A DNA stretch of 63,806 bases, counting the filler, from Stramenopiles sp. TOSAG23-6 (lineage: Eukaryota), in assembly GCA_900128565.1 (NCBI GenBank). It is 18 parts of 18 records of this genome, joined end to end, with 100 filler letters (N's around TTAATTAATTAA, not from the genome) between each part and the next. Parts side by side here need not be neighbours in the genome. Positions count along the whole stretch, not along the records: positions 24,901 to 28,352 come from LT637495.1; positions 28,453 to 31,904 come from LT637496.1; positions 32,005 to 35,455 come from LT637497.1; positions 35,556 to 39,006 come from LT637498.1; 14 more parts are not named here. One strand, 5' to 3'. The notes under the pieces are model-generated. The model did not search any database. It was not told the origin of the DNA and saw nothing but the letters and a program-made list of their open reading frames with translations. The position numbers and the translations under genes were made by a program. Positions 24,989-39,106 of the stretch are shown here, one piece after another. Each line of letters begins with the position of its first letter. Within the stretch, counting starts at the first letter, position 1.

Positions 24989-25290
24989 ATATCATTTCCG
25001 CAAATTGCTGTAGCTAACCATTCTGAAAGCGCTGCTTTGGGATGAGCGCGTTTATGCGCTTCTATCTCTTGGATTTCTCGATCTGGGATTTCCATCCGAC
25101 TACAACTTCCCCAACCAGGGAATTGCCAATCAGGAAGATAGCTAGGTGCCCTCATAAGTGCTGATCTCTGAGTTAATGGCGAAGCTTCAAGTCCTGTTTG
25201 CGGCGAAAATGTTACAGAGCTGGTAGTTCTTACGCGACTATTCGCACAAGCCTCATTCTCATTAACTAGAGGGGAATATAGCGACGGCAT
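24989..25290 (-). CDS. Amino-acid permease (APC family), first exon
   Basis: LSEWLATAICGND(I) N-terminal motif followed by donor AT|GTACGT. Confidence 0.65.
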
Positions 25291-25824
25291 GGCTCTTGAT
25301 ACCTCTCTCGCAGGTCGAACGAAACCGCAATGTGCAAGCCACAATTAATTGTGTTAATAACAAAAATTGAAAGGTAAAGTGTGAACAGGGCGAGTTCTTT
25401 GTTTGATGTTTGATCGATCGCGCGCGATGCACCTGCAATATTTCGTGTCACAAAGCAAAACACGAAATACCTGTAGTTGCAAGTGGCGCGATGTCCATTC
25501 TTTATGGTTTAGCTAAAAAAAAAAAAAAAACAGTTGTGATTGTGAATGATAGTATTTGACAAATGCTTGAGATTTATTGTATAGTACTTGGTACCCAGGA
25601 GCGCTTAAGTTTAAAATGATTTCAGTGTTTTAAAAATCAAAAAAAAAAATCAAAAGATTTAGCAACGTTCGACGTAAAGTTTAAAGCCTATATTTTTGAT
25701 TTTGAAGAGAGAGATTCAATATAATAAAATGAGGAATTACTATTATTTATGTCGTTTAATCATTTTTCTACAACTATAAACATAATCCAAAACGACGTTG
25801 AGTTCTACTAACTTTTGATTATAA

Positions 25825-28299
25825 TCATAGTCCAAAACGACGTGGAGTTCTACTAACTTTTGATTTTGCTCCTTTCATATTATACCCTGGAGTAGCCATT
25901 CTTCCTTTACTTCTTTTTAAATTTATTTTTCTTTCTTGATTAATACTTTTTTCCTTCATCAGTTGCTCCTTTGCAATGTTTAATTCATTTTCCATCTTCT
26001 CTTTCTTTATTTTTTCTTTTCTACGATTTTCAAGACGGGTCTGATACGATTCTCGAACACTAAAAAACATTGGCCCCATTTCAGCCAACCATAGAGGATC
26101 TACTGCAGTGACTGTGCGCATATATTCCTTAGTTGTAAGAACTAGTTCGTGATAACAGACATAATCGGGAGTATATCCCAAACCGACGAGAGCTGAAGAG
26201 GGATGAAGTAAGGCAGGAATCCCAGAGAGCATATTGACGTACTCGCCAATACCTTTAATCTGTGCACTATTATAAAAATATGCTGAACATATTGCCTCTC
26301 GAACAACATCCCATTTGCTACCACAAGATATTTCTTTTACTTTAACTTTTCTCATGATATCTACCAGTTGTGAACGAACTTCTCTTGCTTTTCTCATTGC
26401 TTTGTAATGAATAAAGTGATCACTGCACCATTTTTGGCCAAATCCTTTTCGTTTCCATTGATTATAAGCATTTAAAAAAGTAAGATGATCCGATTCAGGG
26501 ACAAAGAATTTTTCTCTTGCAGCATCACTTTCAGCTGCCCTATCATCAGGACGATAGAATATATCAGGCACAGAAAGCATAGACACAATCGTACAAACTT
26601 CAGCTGTACATTTCAATTTCTCAGCTCCAACAAGCATCCTAGAAAGAGGAGGATCCAACGGAAATTCTACCATCAATTGGCCTAAATCAGTTAATCCTCC
26701 GGTATTATTTAATGCTCCCAAGATCCATAATTGGTACATTGAATTGAGTATATTTGCTTGGGGTGGTGGATCCATGAAATCAAAATGAAGAAGATTTACA
26801 ACACCTAGACTTTTGAGAAGGAGCACAACATTACTTAAATTAGTTCTTTGAATTTCTGGTATTTGATTTTCTAATAATTCATCAGTAAACATTCTCTGGG
26901 TATACAAACGATAACAAACACCAGGACCTGTACGCCCAGCACGACCAGATCGTTGATTACAATTTGCTTTTGAGATTGGTGTTATTGAAAGTGAATCCAT
27001 ACCAATCTTGGGGTTATACACTTTAACCTTTCCATAGCCACTATCAATTACATATTTAACACCATCCACTGTTAAAGATGTCTCAGCAATATTGGTTGAT
27101 ACAATACATTTACGTGTGCCTGGTGGTGCTTTATCAAATATACGAGCTTGAAGATCAGAAGGTAATGACGAATACATTGGTAATAAAAGAAGGGGTGGCA
27201 CATTTGCATCATCTTTCGAAGTTAATTGAGACATTCTTTCTGCTAAAACATAACAAGTTGTTGAAATGTCACCTTGCCCAGTCATAAATATCAAAATATC
27301 ACCAGGAGGAGAAGACATATGTATTGTCATTGCTTGTTTCACTGCACCATCTATATAATCTTCCCAAGGTGTCTTGGCATATAATATTTCAACTGGGAAA
27401 GTTCTCCCAGGTATTCGAAATACAGGAGCTCCACCAAAAAAATCTGAGAATTTGTTTGCATCTAGTGTTGCTGATGTAACTAAAAGTTTTAAATCATTTC
27501 GACTTTGAATAACTTTTCTAAGAATTCCAAAAAGAACATCAGTATTCAATGATCTTTCATGCGCTTCATCCATAACAATGGCTGAATATCGATCAAGATC
27601 TTTAGACTTCATACTCTCACGCAAAAGCATACCATCAGTCATATATTTAATTAATGTTTTTTCTGATGTGCAATCCTCAAAACGAATAGAGTATCCAACT
27701 TCATGACCTAATTTAACATCCATTTCTTCACTCACACGCTTAGCAACACTCATCGCAGCAACACGACGAGGTTGTGTACATCCAACCATACCAAAAACTG
27801 TGTAGTCAAATTCATGTAAATATTGCGTCATTTGTGTTGTCTTTCCTGAACCTGTTTCCCCTACAATAATAACTACTTGATTTTCAGATACAATTCGCAT
27901 GAGTTCATCACGAACACGAAATACCGGCAAAAACTCCCGTTGCTCCCTTAGACTTTTTGATTTAGCAAAATTACTAATTGCTTCTGTTTTTTTATTTTGC
28001 ATTGTTTTTGCATATTTCTGATCAGACGTAAAATCACTATCATCTTTATCTCCATCTTTTTCTATAGTTTCATCTTCGACTTTTTCAATACCTATAGCAT
28101 CACCCATACGAGACCCTCCTAATTCCCAGTATCGTTTACGCATTTTCATCTTTTCCTGTTGTTTTCTCGATTCTTCCATCAAAGCACTTCCTTTTTTTGC
28201 AATAACTGCAAAGTCACTTGTATGATCTTTCACAACACTAACCATTGTTCGTTGTTTACTAAATGATACTCGACCATCCAAAAACGGAGGCTTCACATT
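25825..28299 (-). CDS. PRP16: DEAH-box splicing helicase PRP16/DHX38 (5' partial)
   Basis: [47 protein letters not shown]-terminal TPRRFGL. The upstream acceptor is CACAATACAT. Confidence 0.96.
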   Translation of the reverse strand, partial: NVKPPFLDGRVSFSKQRTMVSVVKDHTSDFAVIAKKGSALMEESRKQQEKMKMRKRYWELGGSRMGDAIGIEKVEDETIEKDGDKDDSDFTSDQKYAKTMQNKKTEAISNFAKSKSLREQREFLPVFRVRDELMRIVSENQVVIIVGETGSGKTTQMTQYLHEFDYTVFGMVGCTQPRRVAAMSVAKRVSEEMDVKLGHEVGYSIRFEDCTSEKTLIKYMTDGMLLRESMKSKDLDRYSAIVMDEAHERSLNTDVLFGILRKVIQSRNDLKLLVTSATLDANKFSDFFGGAPVFRIPGRTFPVEILYAKTPWEDYIDGAVKQAMTIHMSSPPGDILIFMTGQGDISTTCYVLAERMSQLTSKDDANVPPLLLLPMYSSLPSDLQARIFDKAPPGTRKCIVSTNIAETSLTVDGVKYVIDSGYGKVKVYNPKIGMDSLSITPISKANCNQRSGRAGRTGPGVCYRLYTQRMFTDELLENQIPEIQRTNLSNVVLLLKSLGVVNLLHFDFMDPPPQANILNSMYQLWILGALNNTGGLTDLGQLMVEFPLDPPLSRMLVGAEKLKCTAEVCTIVSMLSVPDIFYRPDDRAAESDAAREKFFVPESDHLTFLNAYNQWKRKGFGQKWCSDHFIHYKAMRKAREVRSQLVDIMRKVKVKEISCGSKWDVVREAICSAYFYNSAQIKGIGEYVNMLSGIPALLHPSSALVGLGYTPDYVCYHELVLTTKEYMRTVTAVDPLWLAEMGPMFFSVRESYQTRLENRRKEKIKKEKMENELNIAKEQLMKEKSINQERKINLKRSKGRMATPGYNMKGAKSKVSRTPRRFGL

Positions 28300-28540
28300 A
28301 TGTATTGTGAAAAAATATTTCAAAAAAAAATCGTTAGGTACAAAATTTCGTANNNNNNNNNNNNNNNNNNNNNNNNNNNNNNNNNNNNNNNNNNNNTTAA
28401 TTAATTAANNNNNNNNNNNNNNNNNNNNNNNNNNNNNNNNNNNNNNNNNNNNGTAGTGAAAATTATTTTAAACTTGAAATTCGTTAGGTACAAAATTTGG
28501 TACAAAAAAATTAGGTAAAAATTTAAATTTGAAAACGTAC

Positions 28541-28842
28541 ATATCATTTCCGCAAATTGCTGTAGCTAACCATTCTGAAAGCGCTGCTTTGGGATGAGCG
28601 CGTTTATGCGCTTCTATCTCTTGGATTTCTCGATCTGGGATTTCCATCCGACTACAACTTCCCCAACCAGGGAATTGCCAATCAGGAAGATAGCTAGGTG
28701 CCCTCATAAGTGCTGATCTCTGAGTTAATGGCGAAGCTTCAAGTCCTGTTTGCGGCGAAAATGTTACAGAGCTGGTAGTTCTTACGCGACTATTCGCACA
28801 AGCCTCATTCTCATTAACTAGAGGGGAATATAGCGACGGCAT
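28541..28842 (-). CDS. APC permease first exon (duplicate contig)
   Basis: Identical to 24989-25290. Confidence 0.6.
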
Positions 28843-29376
28843 GGCTCTTGATACCTCTCTCGCAGGTCGAACGAAACCGCAATGTGCAAGCCACAATTAA
28901 TTGTGTTAATAACAAAAATTGAAAGGTAAAGTGTGAACAGGGCGAGTTCTTTGTTTGATGTTTGATCGATCGCGCGCGATGCACCTGCAATATTTCGTGT
29001 CACAAAGCAAAACACGAAATACCTGTAGTTGCAAGTGGCGCGATGTCCATTCTTTATGGTTTAGCTAAAAAAAAAAAAAAAACAGTTGTGATTGTGAATG
29101 ATAGTATTTGACAAATGCTTGAGATTTATTGTATAGTACTTGGTACCCAGGAGCGCTTAAGTTTAAAATGATTTCAGTGTTTTAAAAATCAAAAAAAAAA
29201 ATCAAAAGATTTAGCAACGTTCGACGTAAAGTTTAAAGCCTATATTTTTGATTTTGAAGAGAGAGATTCAATATAATAAAATGAGGAATTACTATTATTT
29301 ATGTCGTTTAATCATTTTTCTACAACTATAAACATAATCCAAAACGACGTTGAGTTCTACTAACTTTTGATTATAA

Positions 29377-31851
29377 TCATAGTCCAAAACGACGTGGAGT
29401 TCTACTAACTTTTGATTTTGCTCCTTTCATATTATACCCTGGAGTAGCCATTCTTCCTTTACTTCTTTTTAAATTTATTTTTCTTTCTTGATTAATACTT
29501 TTTTCCTTCATCAGTTGCTCCTTTGCAATGTTTAATTCATTTTCCATCTTCTCTTTCTTTATTTTTTCTTTTCTACGATTTTCAAGACGGGTCTGATACG
29601 ATTCTCGAACACTAAAAAACATTGGCCCCATTTCAGCCAACCATAGAGGATCTACTGCAGTGACTGTGCGCATATATTCCTTAGTTGTAAGAACTAGTTC
29701 GTGATAACAGACATAATCGGGAGTATATCCCAAACCGACGAGAGCTGAAGAGGGATGAAGTAAGGCAGGAATCCCAGAGAGCATATTGACGTACTCGCCA
29801 ATACCTTTAATCTGTGCACTATTATAAAAATATGCTGAACATATTGCCTCTCGAACAACATCCCATTTGCTACCACAAGATATTTCTTTTACTTTAACTT
29901 TTCTCATGATATCTACCAGTTGTGAACGAACTTCTCTTGCTTTTCTCATTGCTTTGTAATGAATAAAGTGATCACTGCACCATTTTTGGCCAAATCCTTT
30001 TCGTTTCCATTGATTATAAGCATTTAAAAAAGTAAGATGATCCGATTCAGGGACAAAGAATTTTTCTCTTGCAGCATCACTTTCAGCTGCCCTATCATCA
30101 GGACGATAGAATATATCAGGCACAGAAAGCATAGACACAATCGTACAAACTTCAGCTGTACATTTCAATTTCTCAGCTCCAACAAGCATCCTAGAAAGAG
30201 GAGGATCCAACGGAAATTCTACCATCAATTGGCCTAAATCAGTTAATCCTCCGGTATTATTTAATGCTCCCAAGATCCATAATTGGTACATTGAATTGAG
30301 TATATTTGCTTGGGGTGGTGGATCCATGAAATCAAAATGAAGAAGATTTACAACACCTAGACTTTTGAGAAGGAGCACAACATTACTTAAATTAGTTCTT
30401 TGAATTTCTGGTATTTGATTTTCTAATAATTCATCAGTAAACATTCTCTGGGTATACAAACGATAACAAACACCAGGACCTGTACGCCCAGCACGACCAG
30501 ATCGTTGATTACAATTTGCTTTTGAGATTGGTGTTATTGAAAGTGAATCCATACCAATCTTGGGGTTATACACTTTAACCTTTCCATAGCCACTATCAAT
30601 TACATATTTAACACCATCCACTGTTAAAGATGTCTCAGCAATATTGGTTGATACAATACATTTACGTGTGCCTGGTGGTGCTTTATCAAATATACGAGCT
30701 TGAAGATCAGAAGGTAATGACGAATACATTGGTAATAAAAGAAGGGGTGGCACATTTGCATCATCTTTCGAAGTTAATTGAGACATTCTTTCTGCTAAAA
30801 CATAACAAGTTGTTGAAATGTCACCTTGCCCAGTCATAAATATCAAAATATCACCAGGAGGAGAAGACATATGTATTGTCATTGCTTGTTTCACTGCACC
30901 ATCTATATAATCTTCCCAAGGTGTCTTGGCATATAATATTTCAACTGGGAAAGTTCTCCCAGGTATTCGAAATACAGGAGCTCCACCAAAAAAATCTGAG
31001 AATTTGTTTGCATCTAGTGTTGCTGATGTAACTAAAAGTTTTAAATCATTTCGACTTTGAATAACTTTTCTAAGAATTCCAAAAAGAACATCAGTATTCA
31101 ATGATCTTTCATGCGCTTCATCCATAACAATGGCTGAATATCGATCAAGATCTTTAGACTTCATACTCTCACGCAAAAGCATACCATCAGTCATATATTT
31201 AATTAATGTTTTTTCTGATGTGCAATCCTCAAAACGAATAGAGTATCCAACTTCATGACCTAATTTAACATCCATTTCTTCACTCACACGCTTAGCAACA
31301 CTCATCGCAGCAACACGACGAGGTTGTGTACATCCAACCATACCAAAAACTGTGTAGTCAAATTCATGTAAATATTGCGTCATTTGTGTTGTCTTTCCTG
31401 AACCTGTTTCCCCTACAATAATAACTACTTGATTTTCAGATACAATTCGCATGAGTTCATCACGAACACGAAATACCGGCAAAAACTCCCGTTGCTCCCT
31501 TAGACTTTTTGATTTAGCAAAATTACTAATTGCTTCTGTTTTTTTATTTTGCATTGTTTTTGCATATTTCTGATCAGACGTAAAATCACTATCATCTTTA
31601 TCTCCATCTTTTTCTATAGTTTCATCTTCGACTTTTTCAATACCTATAGCATCACCCATACGAGACCCTCCTAATTCCCAGTATCGTTTACGCATTTTCA
31701 TCTTTTCCTGTTGTTTTCTCGATTCTTCCATCAAAGCACTTCCTTTTTTTGCAATAACTGCAAAGTCACTTGTATGATCTTTCACAACACTAACCATTGT
31801 TCGTTGTTTACTAAATGATACTCGACCATCCAAAAACGGAGGCTTCACATT
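29377..31851 (-). CDS. PRP16: PRP16/DHX38 (duplicate contig)
   Basis: Translation identical to 25825-28299. Confidence 0.95.
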   Translation of the reverse strand, partial: NVKPPFLDGRVSFSKQRTMVSVVKDHTSDFAVIAKKGSALMEESRKQQEKMKMRKRYWELGGSRMGDAIGIEKVEDETIEKDGDKDDSDFTSDQKYAKTMQNKKTEAISNFAKSKSLREQREFLPVFRVRDELMRIVSENQVVIIVGETGSGKTTQMTQYLHEFDYTVFGMVGCTQPRRVAAMSVAKRVSEEMDVKLGHEVGYSIRFEDCTSEKTLIKYMTDGMLLRESMKSKDLDRYSAIVMDEAHERSLNTDVLFGILRKVIQSRNDLKLLVTSATLDANKFSDFFGGAPVFRIPGRTFPVEILYAKTPWEDYIDGAVKQAMTIHMSSPPGDILIFMTGQGDISTTCYVLAERMSQLTSKDDANVPPLLLLPMYSSLPSDLQARIFDKAPPGTRKCIVSTNIAETSLTVDGVKYVIDSGYGKVKVYNPKIGMDSLSITPISKANCNQRSGRAGRTGPGVCYRLYTQRMFTDELLENQIPEIQRTNLSNVVLLLKSLGVVNLLHFDFMDPPPQANILNSMYQLWILGALNNTGGLTDLGQLMVEFPLDPPLSRMLVGAEKLKCTAEVCTIVSMLSVPDIFYRPDDRAAESDAAREKFFVPESDHLTFLNAYNQWKRKGFGQKWCSDHFIHYKAMRKAREVRSQLVDIMRKVKVKEISCGSKWDVVREAICSAYFYNSAQIKGIGEYVNMLSGIPALLHPSSALVGLGYTPDYVCYHELVLTTKEYMRTVTAVDPLWLAEMGPMFFSVRESYQTRLENRRKEKIKKEKMENELNIAKEQLMKEKSINQERKINLKRSKGRMATPGYNMKGAKSKVSRTPRRFGL

Positions 31852-32040
31852 ATGTATTGTGAAAAAATATTTCAAAAAAAAATCGTTAGGTACAAAATTT
31901 CGTANNNNNNNNNNNNNNNNNNNNNNNNNNNNNNNNNNNNNNNNNNNNTTAATTAATTAANNNNNNNNNNNNNNNNNNNNNNNNNNNNNNNNNNNNNNNN
32001 NNNNAATAAAAAATGTAAATATTATTCTACAGTGTAGAGC

Positions 32041-32890
32041 ATGATGGACTATACAGGAACCGAATTTTTATCAAACGAAAAAAAAATAGAAGAAGAGAAG
32101 AGTAAAAAAAAAGGCAAAGAAATTCCTGAGATCCAATGTAAGTTTTTTTTTTCAATTTTGAATTTATGAATTTATGAATTTTTTTTTTTTTTCGTACGAA
32201 ATTTTGTACCTAACAAATTTTTTTTTTTTTTGAAATATTTTTCCAAAATACATGGGTATTGAATACCAAATCGGAACGTATTGCATTGGCGGATTGTACT
32301 GCTTATTTTCATTTGTAATTCCTTTACTTCACATTGGAGTATTAGGTACACTATGGAGGTGGAAGTTAACTCTACCAGAGCAAAAGAAAATATTTTTTCT
32401 TGCTGAAATTTTAAGCGCTTGGGCAGCACTCGAGGTTTTTCTTGTCTCGGTTGTAGTTGCACTTGTAGAGTTAAAACCTGTATCAGGTTTTATGACAGGA
32501 CCAATTAAAGAAGCTCAAATGTTGAAAGATTACACAATTAAATATCTTCTGCCCCTCAATTTAATATCCGAATATAATGCCCAAAGTTTTGTCGTTGATA
32601 GTGAAGTTAAGTATGGTATTTATATATTAGTTATTGCAGCTGTACTCACTCAAATTTTGACTCAATTTGTTGTTCGTATGGCAGAAGCGTCCATTGAAGC
32701 AAGAGAAAATCGCTTAAAAGGCAGATCAGTTGATGAAAGATTTACTCATGGTTGTGGAACTTCTTTAGTTTTATATTTGCATGATTGTTTAATTGGTACA
32801 ATTGCTGTTAAAGTACCTAAAGATAGCAGCAAAAAAGACTGTGACTATCAAAGATTTGATGATAATGATTATCATCGATTTGGTCATTAA
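32041..32890 (+). CDS. PqiA-like multi-pass membrane protein, C-terminal exons
   Basis: FSFVIPLLHI...EILSAWAALEVFLVSVVVALVEL resembles the PqiA W...DVF...VA motif. Intron begins at 32138. Confidence 0.65.
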
Positions 32891-33417
32891 TTATTTATTT
32901 ATTATTTTGTATAGTAATAAAAAAATTATTCAATTTTTTTAGGTCATTAATTATTTATTCATTATTTTGTATAATGATAAAAAAAATATTCGATTTTTTT
33001 AGTGTCTCCTTCACTACAAGTGTTTATTATACACAAATACAAAAAATACAAAAAATACAAAAAATACAAAAAATACAAAGTTGATATGAAAATGATAAAA
33101 ATGAATAAAAAGTGACAAAAAACACGAAATATGCGATTATGTTTTGACGGGTCATTTTAAAAAAATGACGACTTTTTAAATTTCCATGCGGCCAAGTAAT
33201 TAATTGTGTCGTGTACCCTTCGCTTTTTGAGTCAAGTCGTCTCGATAATATTATCATTTTTAAGCAACTTCACGCTACTGGATGAAATTGTATACATGTT
33301 AAGCTCATAGGCATAATTATATTATACTATACTCATAGTGCTAAATCATCAACCTGTAATCCGAAGGAACTTGCAAGGATTGAATCCACGAGTATTTCTT
33401 TGTTGGTCAAGTGCGTG

Positions 33418-34710
33418 ATGCGTAGGTTTCGTTTTCGTATTTCATCTATTCTTTTTTTCGCCGCTATTATTCAAGTCCTACATATTTCTGAAGCAACTTC
33501 GTCAGTACGTCGAATAGACAATCATATAGATGTATCTTTTGACGTGGAGAATCCGGACACATTTCCTTTATCTCGAAGATCTGCAGCCGAAATAATCCCT
33601 ATCCGACGTGCAAGTCCAGTATCTAATTGTATTGTGAAAGCAACGACTGTATGCAAAGCACTGTATTTTTTAGGAATGATAACCGTTTTAACCCAGATTT
33701 TGGGTGTAGGTGTTATTGGTTTATTAGTGGACGGTGAGAAAATTGTACCTGGAGGCTTTGCACTAAAAAACATTTCAGATGACGTTCTCAATCCAGTCTT
33801 TCAAAATTATGAATGTAACAGCATGATTAAACATTATGAAGCACACGCCGACCAATCTAAGATAGAGAGTCTTTGTCAATGTGCAGAATTTGTTGAGAAA
33901 GAGTGTGTGAAAACATTCAATGAAACAAATAACCAAACCTTGTGTTATCGTGGACAAGTAATTCGACGTAGTAAATATTTATATAACAAAACTGTGGGGG
34001 TTATATGGAGAAAATGCATCAAATATGGACCAATTACAGGTCAGAGTCGCCAATGGTTTAACGAAACAAGAAACCGTGTGGATAAAATGGAAATTTATTT
34101 GGATTTCCTCATTGGTTCATCTGCTTTTGTACTTGCTTCATCTATTATTTGTTATTTTAGTAGTGATATCCCGAAAAGGTTCCTTCGTCAGTTGGAATCA
34201 CATGAGGTGCTCAAAATGCATGATAGCCTTGCTGTCCAGAATCACACTATAAGACTACATCACGAAATTTTACAGTACCAAACAAAAGTCATAGAAAACG
34301 AGACAATAAAAGAGGTTGATGCCAATCTAGAATTGTTTTTACGTTTGCACAAATCCCAGTGTCGTTTCGCGACAGCGAAATTTTTCCATTGGAATCGACA
34401 GTATTTGGCGCAGGACATTTGTCAGCTAATTAAGGATTTATTACTTGCCAATGAAGAAAATATCTGGAAAGTTTGCAGCAAACAGAAAAGAGAAAAAGAA
34501 TGTTTGTACTTGCATAAAATGTTAAAGCAACAGCTAAACAAGCTCAAAAGCAATTCGAATAAACATTATCCAATGCAAAGAGCATTTTATTTAGCCAACG
34601 CCAGACTACATGATAAAATGAGGAAATACTTAATTATGAGGCAACCTCATGAACTATCTATGGTTGAGCCTGAACCAGATTTACCTTGCGTTGTTGATGA
34701 AAATCCTTAA
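33418..34710 (+). CDS. Hypothetical membrane protein (signal peptide, 2 TM, Cys-rich loop)
   Basis: A 430-aa intronless ORF with hydrophobic segments. No family recognised. Confidence 0.6.
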   Translation: MRRFRFRISSILFFAAIIQVLHISEATSSVRRIDNHIDVSFDVENPDTFPLSRRSAAEIIPIRRASPVSNCIVKATTVCKALYFLGMITVLTQILGVGVIGLLVDGEKIVPGGFALKNISDDVLNPVFQNYECNSMIKHYEAHADQSKIESLCQCAEFVEKECVKTFNETNNQTLCYRGQVIRRSKYLYNKTVGVIWRKCIKYGPITGQSRQWFNETRNRVDKMEIYLDFLIGSSAFVLASSIICYFSSDIPKRFLRQLESHEVLKMHDSLAVQNHTIRLHHEILQYQTKVIENETIKEVDANLELFLRLHKSQCRFATAKFFHWNRQYLAQDICQLIKDLLLANEENIWKVCSKQKREKECLYLHKMLKQQLNKLKSNSNKHYPMQRAFYLANARLHDKMRKYLIMRQPHELSMVEPEPDLPCVVDENP

Positions 34711-34946
34711 CAAAATTGTTGAAAAATACATAAAATTAAAAAATATCGTACGCAAACCTGTCTTGATGTTCAAATTTGACAGTGAGTTTTTTTGACACAT
34801 CATTCACAGCAGTTTGCTAAGTTGCGCTATTATATTTTTCACATCACAAAATTTTCTTCATTTTAGCATTATTCTATTTGATAAGCAACTGTTATAATAG
34901 TTATAATAGTAAAGAAATCTATACTAAAGATTCTCTAGATCTCTAG

Positions 34947-35455
34947 ATGCCTAAATTATTGCTCTTTATTATTGGTGCGACTTCCATTGTTGCTTCTATT
35001 TCAGCAGGAAGCACCGTCGACGAAATAAAAGATACTTCAAGACCTTGTGTGACTACAGTTATAAAAGCTCAAGAAAGTAATACACAGCGTGATAATCTGA
35101 ACGCTCCAACAATCTCAATCCATCCAGGAGAACGTGACAATGCAACGTATGTAAAATATCAAGCAATACCATTAGCACCTAAACCTCGTTTATCAAACCA
35201 TTCACAACAGATGGTGAGTAACTATCCAAGTGATACACCAGCAGTCACTGACACTGTAACAAAATCTAAAAAAAAAGGTTTTCTCCACCAAATTGGCTGT
35301 ATCTTTACATCTTGTGTTACACTACCAGCCACAGAGACAACGACGGAATTGGTCAAAGACTCAAAACACTCAAAACACTCAAAACAACACTCAAAATCTT
35401 CTAGTGAAAAAGTTACTATTGAACCTTTGCGACACTCAAAATCTTCTAGTGAAAA
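34947..35455 (+). CDS. Hypothetical secreted protein, 3' partial
   Basis: MPKLLLFIIGATSIVASISA is signal-like and the ORF is open to the contig end. Confidence 0.55.
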
Positions 35456-35555
35456 NNNNNNNNNNNNNNNNNNNNNNNNNNNNNNNNNNNNNNNNNNNNT
35501 TAATTAATTAANNNNNNNNNNNNNNNNNNNNNNNNNNNNNNNNNNNNNNNNNNNN

Positions 35556-38500
35556 AATAAAAAATGTAAATATTATTCTACAGTGTAGAGCATGATGGAC
35601 TATACAGGAACCGAATTTTTATCAAACGAAAAAAAAATAGAAGAAGAGAAGAGTAAAAAAAAAGGCAAAGAAATTCCTGAGATCCAATGTAAGTTTTTTT
35701 TTTCAATTTTGAATTTATGAATTTATGAATTTTTTTTTTTTTTCGTACGAAATTTTGTACCTAACAAATTTTTTTTTTTTTTGAAATATTTTTCCAAAAT
35801 ACATGGGTATTGAATACCAAATCGGAACGTATTGCATTGGCGGATTGTACTGCTTATTTTCATTTGTAATTCCTTTACTTCACATTGGAGTATTAGGTAC
35901 ACTATGGAGGTGGAAGTTAACTCTACCAGAGCAAAAGAAAATATTTTTTCTTGCTGAAATTTTAAGCGCTTGGGCAGCACTCGAGGTTTTTCTTGTCTCG
36001 GTTGTAGTTGCACTTGTAGAGTTAAAACCTGTATCAGGTTTTATGACAGGACCAATTAAAGAAGCTCAAATGTTGAAAGATTACACAATTAAATATCTTC
36101 TGCCCCTCAATTTAATATCCGAATATAATGCCCAAAGTTTTGTCGTTGATAGTGAAGTTAAGTATGGTATTTATATATTAGTTATTGCAGCTGTACTCAC
36201 TCAAATTTTGACTCAATTTGTTGTTCGTATGGCAGAAGCGTCCATTGAAGCAAGAGAAAATCGCTTAAAAGGCAGATCAGTTGATGAAAGATTTACTCAT
36301 GGTTGTGGAACTTCTTTAGTTTTATATTTGCATGATTGTTTAATTGGTACAATTGCTGTTAAAGTACCTAAAGATAGCAGCAAAAAAGACTGTGACTATC
36401 AAAGATTTGATGATAATGATTATCATCGATTTGGTCATTAATTATTTATTTATTATTTTGTATAGTAATAAAAAAATTATTCAATTTTTTTAGGTCATTA
36501 ATTATTTATTCATTATTTTGTATAATGATAAAAAAAATATTCGATTTTTTTAGTGTCTCCTTCACTACAAGTGTTTATTATACACAAATACAAAAAATAC
36601 AAAAAATACAAAAAATACAAAAAATACAAAGTTGATATGAAAATGATAAAAATGAATAAAAAGTGACAAAAAACACGAAATATGCGATTATGTTTTGACG
36701 GGTCATTTTAAAAAAATGACGACTTTTTAAATTTCCATGCGGCCAAGTAATTAATTGTGTCGTGTACCCTTCGCTTTTTGAGTCAAGTCGTCTCGATAAT
36801 ATTATCATTTTTAAGCAACTTCACGCTACTGGATGAAATTGTATACATGTTAAGCTCATAGGCATAATTATATTATACTATACTCATAGTGCTAAATCAT
36901 CAACCTGTAATCCGAAGGAACTTGCAAGGATTGAATCCACGAGTATTTCTTTGTTGGTCAAGTGCGTGATGCGTAGGTTTCGTTTTCGTATTTCATCTAT
37001 TCTTTTTTTCGCCGCTATTATTCAAGTCCTACATATTTCTGAAGCAACTTCGTCAGTACGTCGAATAGACAATCATATAGATGTATCTTTTGACGTGGAG
37101 AATCCGGACACATTTCCTTTATCTCGAAGATCTGCAGCCGAAATAATCCCTATCCGACGTGCAAGTCCAGTATCTAATTGTATTGTGAAAGCAACGACTG
37201 TATGCAAAGCACTGTATTTTTTAGGAATGATAACCGTTTTAACCCAGATTTTGGGTGTAGGTGTTATTGGTTTATTAGTGGACGGTGAGAAAATTGTACC
37301 TGGAGGCTTTGCACTAAAAAACATTTCAGATGACGTTCTCAATCCAGTCTTTCAAAATTATGAATGTAACAGCATGATTAAACATTATGAAGCACACGCC
37401 GACCAATCTAAGATAGAGAGTCTTTGTCAATGTGCAGAATTTGTTGAGAAAGAGTGTGTGAAAACATTCAATGAAACAAATAACCAAACCTTGTGTTATC
37501 GTGGACAAGTAATTCGACGTAGTAAATATTTATATAACAAAACTGTGGGGGTTATATGGAGAAAATGCATCAAATATGGACCAATTACAGGTCAGAGTCG
37601 CCAATGGTTTAACGAAACAAGAAACCGTGTGGATAAAATGGAAATTTATTTGGATTTCCTCATTGGTTCATCTGCTTTTGTACTTGCTTCATCTATTATT
37701 TGTTATTTTAGTAGTGATATCCCGAAAAGGTTCCTTCGTCAGTTGGAATCACATGAGGTGCTCAAAATGCATGATAGCCTTGCTGTCCAGAATCACACTA
37801 TAAGACTACATCACGAAATTTTACAGTACCAAACAAAAGTCATAGAAAACGAGACAATAAAAGAGGTTGATGCCAATCTAGAATTGTTTTTACGTTTGCA
37901 CAAATCCCAGTGTCGTTTCGCGACAGCGAAATTTTTCCATTGGAATCGACAGTATTTGGCGCAGGACATTTGTCAGCTAATTAAGGATTTATTACTTGCC
38001 AATGAAGAAAATATCTGGAAAGTTTGCAGCAAACAGAAAAGAGAAAAAGAATGTTTGTACTTGCATAAAATGTTAAAGCAACAGCTAAACAAGCTCAAAA
38101 GCAATTCGAATAAACATTATCCAATGCAAAGAGCATTTTATTTAGCCAACGCCAGACTACATGATAAAATGAGGAAATACTTAATTATGAGGCAACCTCA
38201 TGAACTATCTATGGTTGAGCCTGAACCAGATTTACCTTGCGTTGTTGATGAAAATCCTTAACAAAATTGTTGAAAAATACATAAAATTAAAAAATATCGT
38301 ACGCAAACCTGTCTTGATGTTCAAATTTGACAGTGAGTTTTTTTGACACATCATTCACAGCAGTTTGCTAAGTTGCGCTATTATATTTTTCACATCACAA
38401 AATTTTCTTCATTTTAGCATTATTCTATTTGATAAGCAACTGTTATAATAGTTATAATAGTAAAGAAATCTATACTAAAGATTCTCTAGATCTCTAGATG

Positions 38501-39006
38501 CCTAAATTATTGCTCTTTATTATTGGTGCGACTTCCATTGTTGCTTCTATTTCAGCAGGAAGCACCGTCGACGAAATAAAAGATACTTCAAGACCTTGTG
38601 TGACTACAGTTATAAAAGCTCAAGAAAGTAATACACAGCGTGATAATCTGAACGCTCCAACAATCTCAATCCATCCAGGAGAACGTGACAATGCAACGTA
38701 TGTAAAATATCAAGCAATACCATTAGCACCTAAACCTCGTTTATCAAACCATTCACAACAGATGGTGAGTAACTATCCAAGTGATACACCAGCAGTCACT
38801 GACACTGTAACAAAATCTAAAAAAAAAGGTTTTCTCCACCAAATTGGCTGTATCTTTACATCTTGTGTTACACTACCAGCCACAGAGACAACGACGGAAT
38901 TGGTCAAAGACTCAAAACACTCAAAACACTCAAAACAACACTCAAAATCTTCTAGTGAAAAAGTTACTATTGAACCTTTGCGACACTCAAAATCTTCTAG
39001 TGAAAA
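35556..39006. repeat. Duplicate of contig 32005-35455 (PqiA-like 35592-36441, hypothetical 36969-38261 and 38498-39006)
   Basis: Identical ORFs at offset 3551. Confidence 0.95.
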
Positions 39007-39106
39007 NNNNNNNNNNNNNNNNNNNNNNNNNNNNNNNNNNNNNNNNNNNNTTAATTAATTAANNNNNNNNNNNNNNNNNNNNNNNNNNNNNNNNNNNNNN
39101 NNNNNN

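Larger units (their letters stand above)
28453..31903. repeat. Duplicate of contig 24901-28352
   Basis: Identical ORFs at offset 3552. Confidence 0.95.

Noticed and set aside
33030-33080. Specific 9-nt repeat periodicity across the genome
   Set aside because: Non-coding microrepeats have periods of 8, 9, 10 and 12; 9-mers in exons are explained by frame constraint.
24901-39006. Tandem gene duplications of PRP16 and PqiA-like loci
   Set aside because: Whole contigs are repeated with the same ends, i.e. redundant assembly output.
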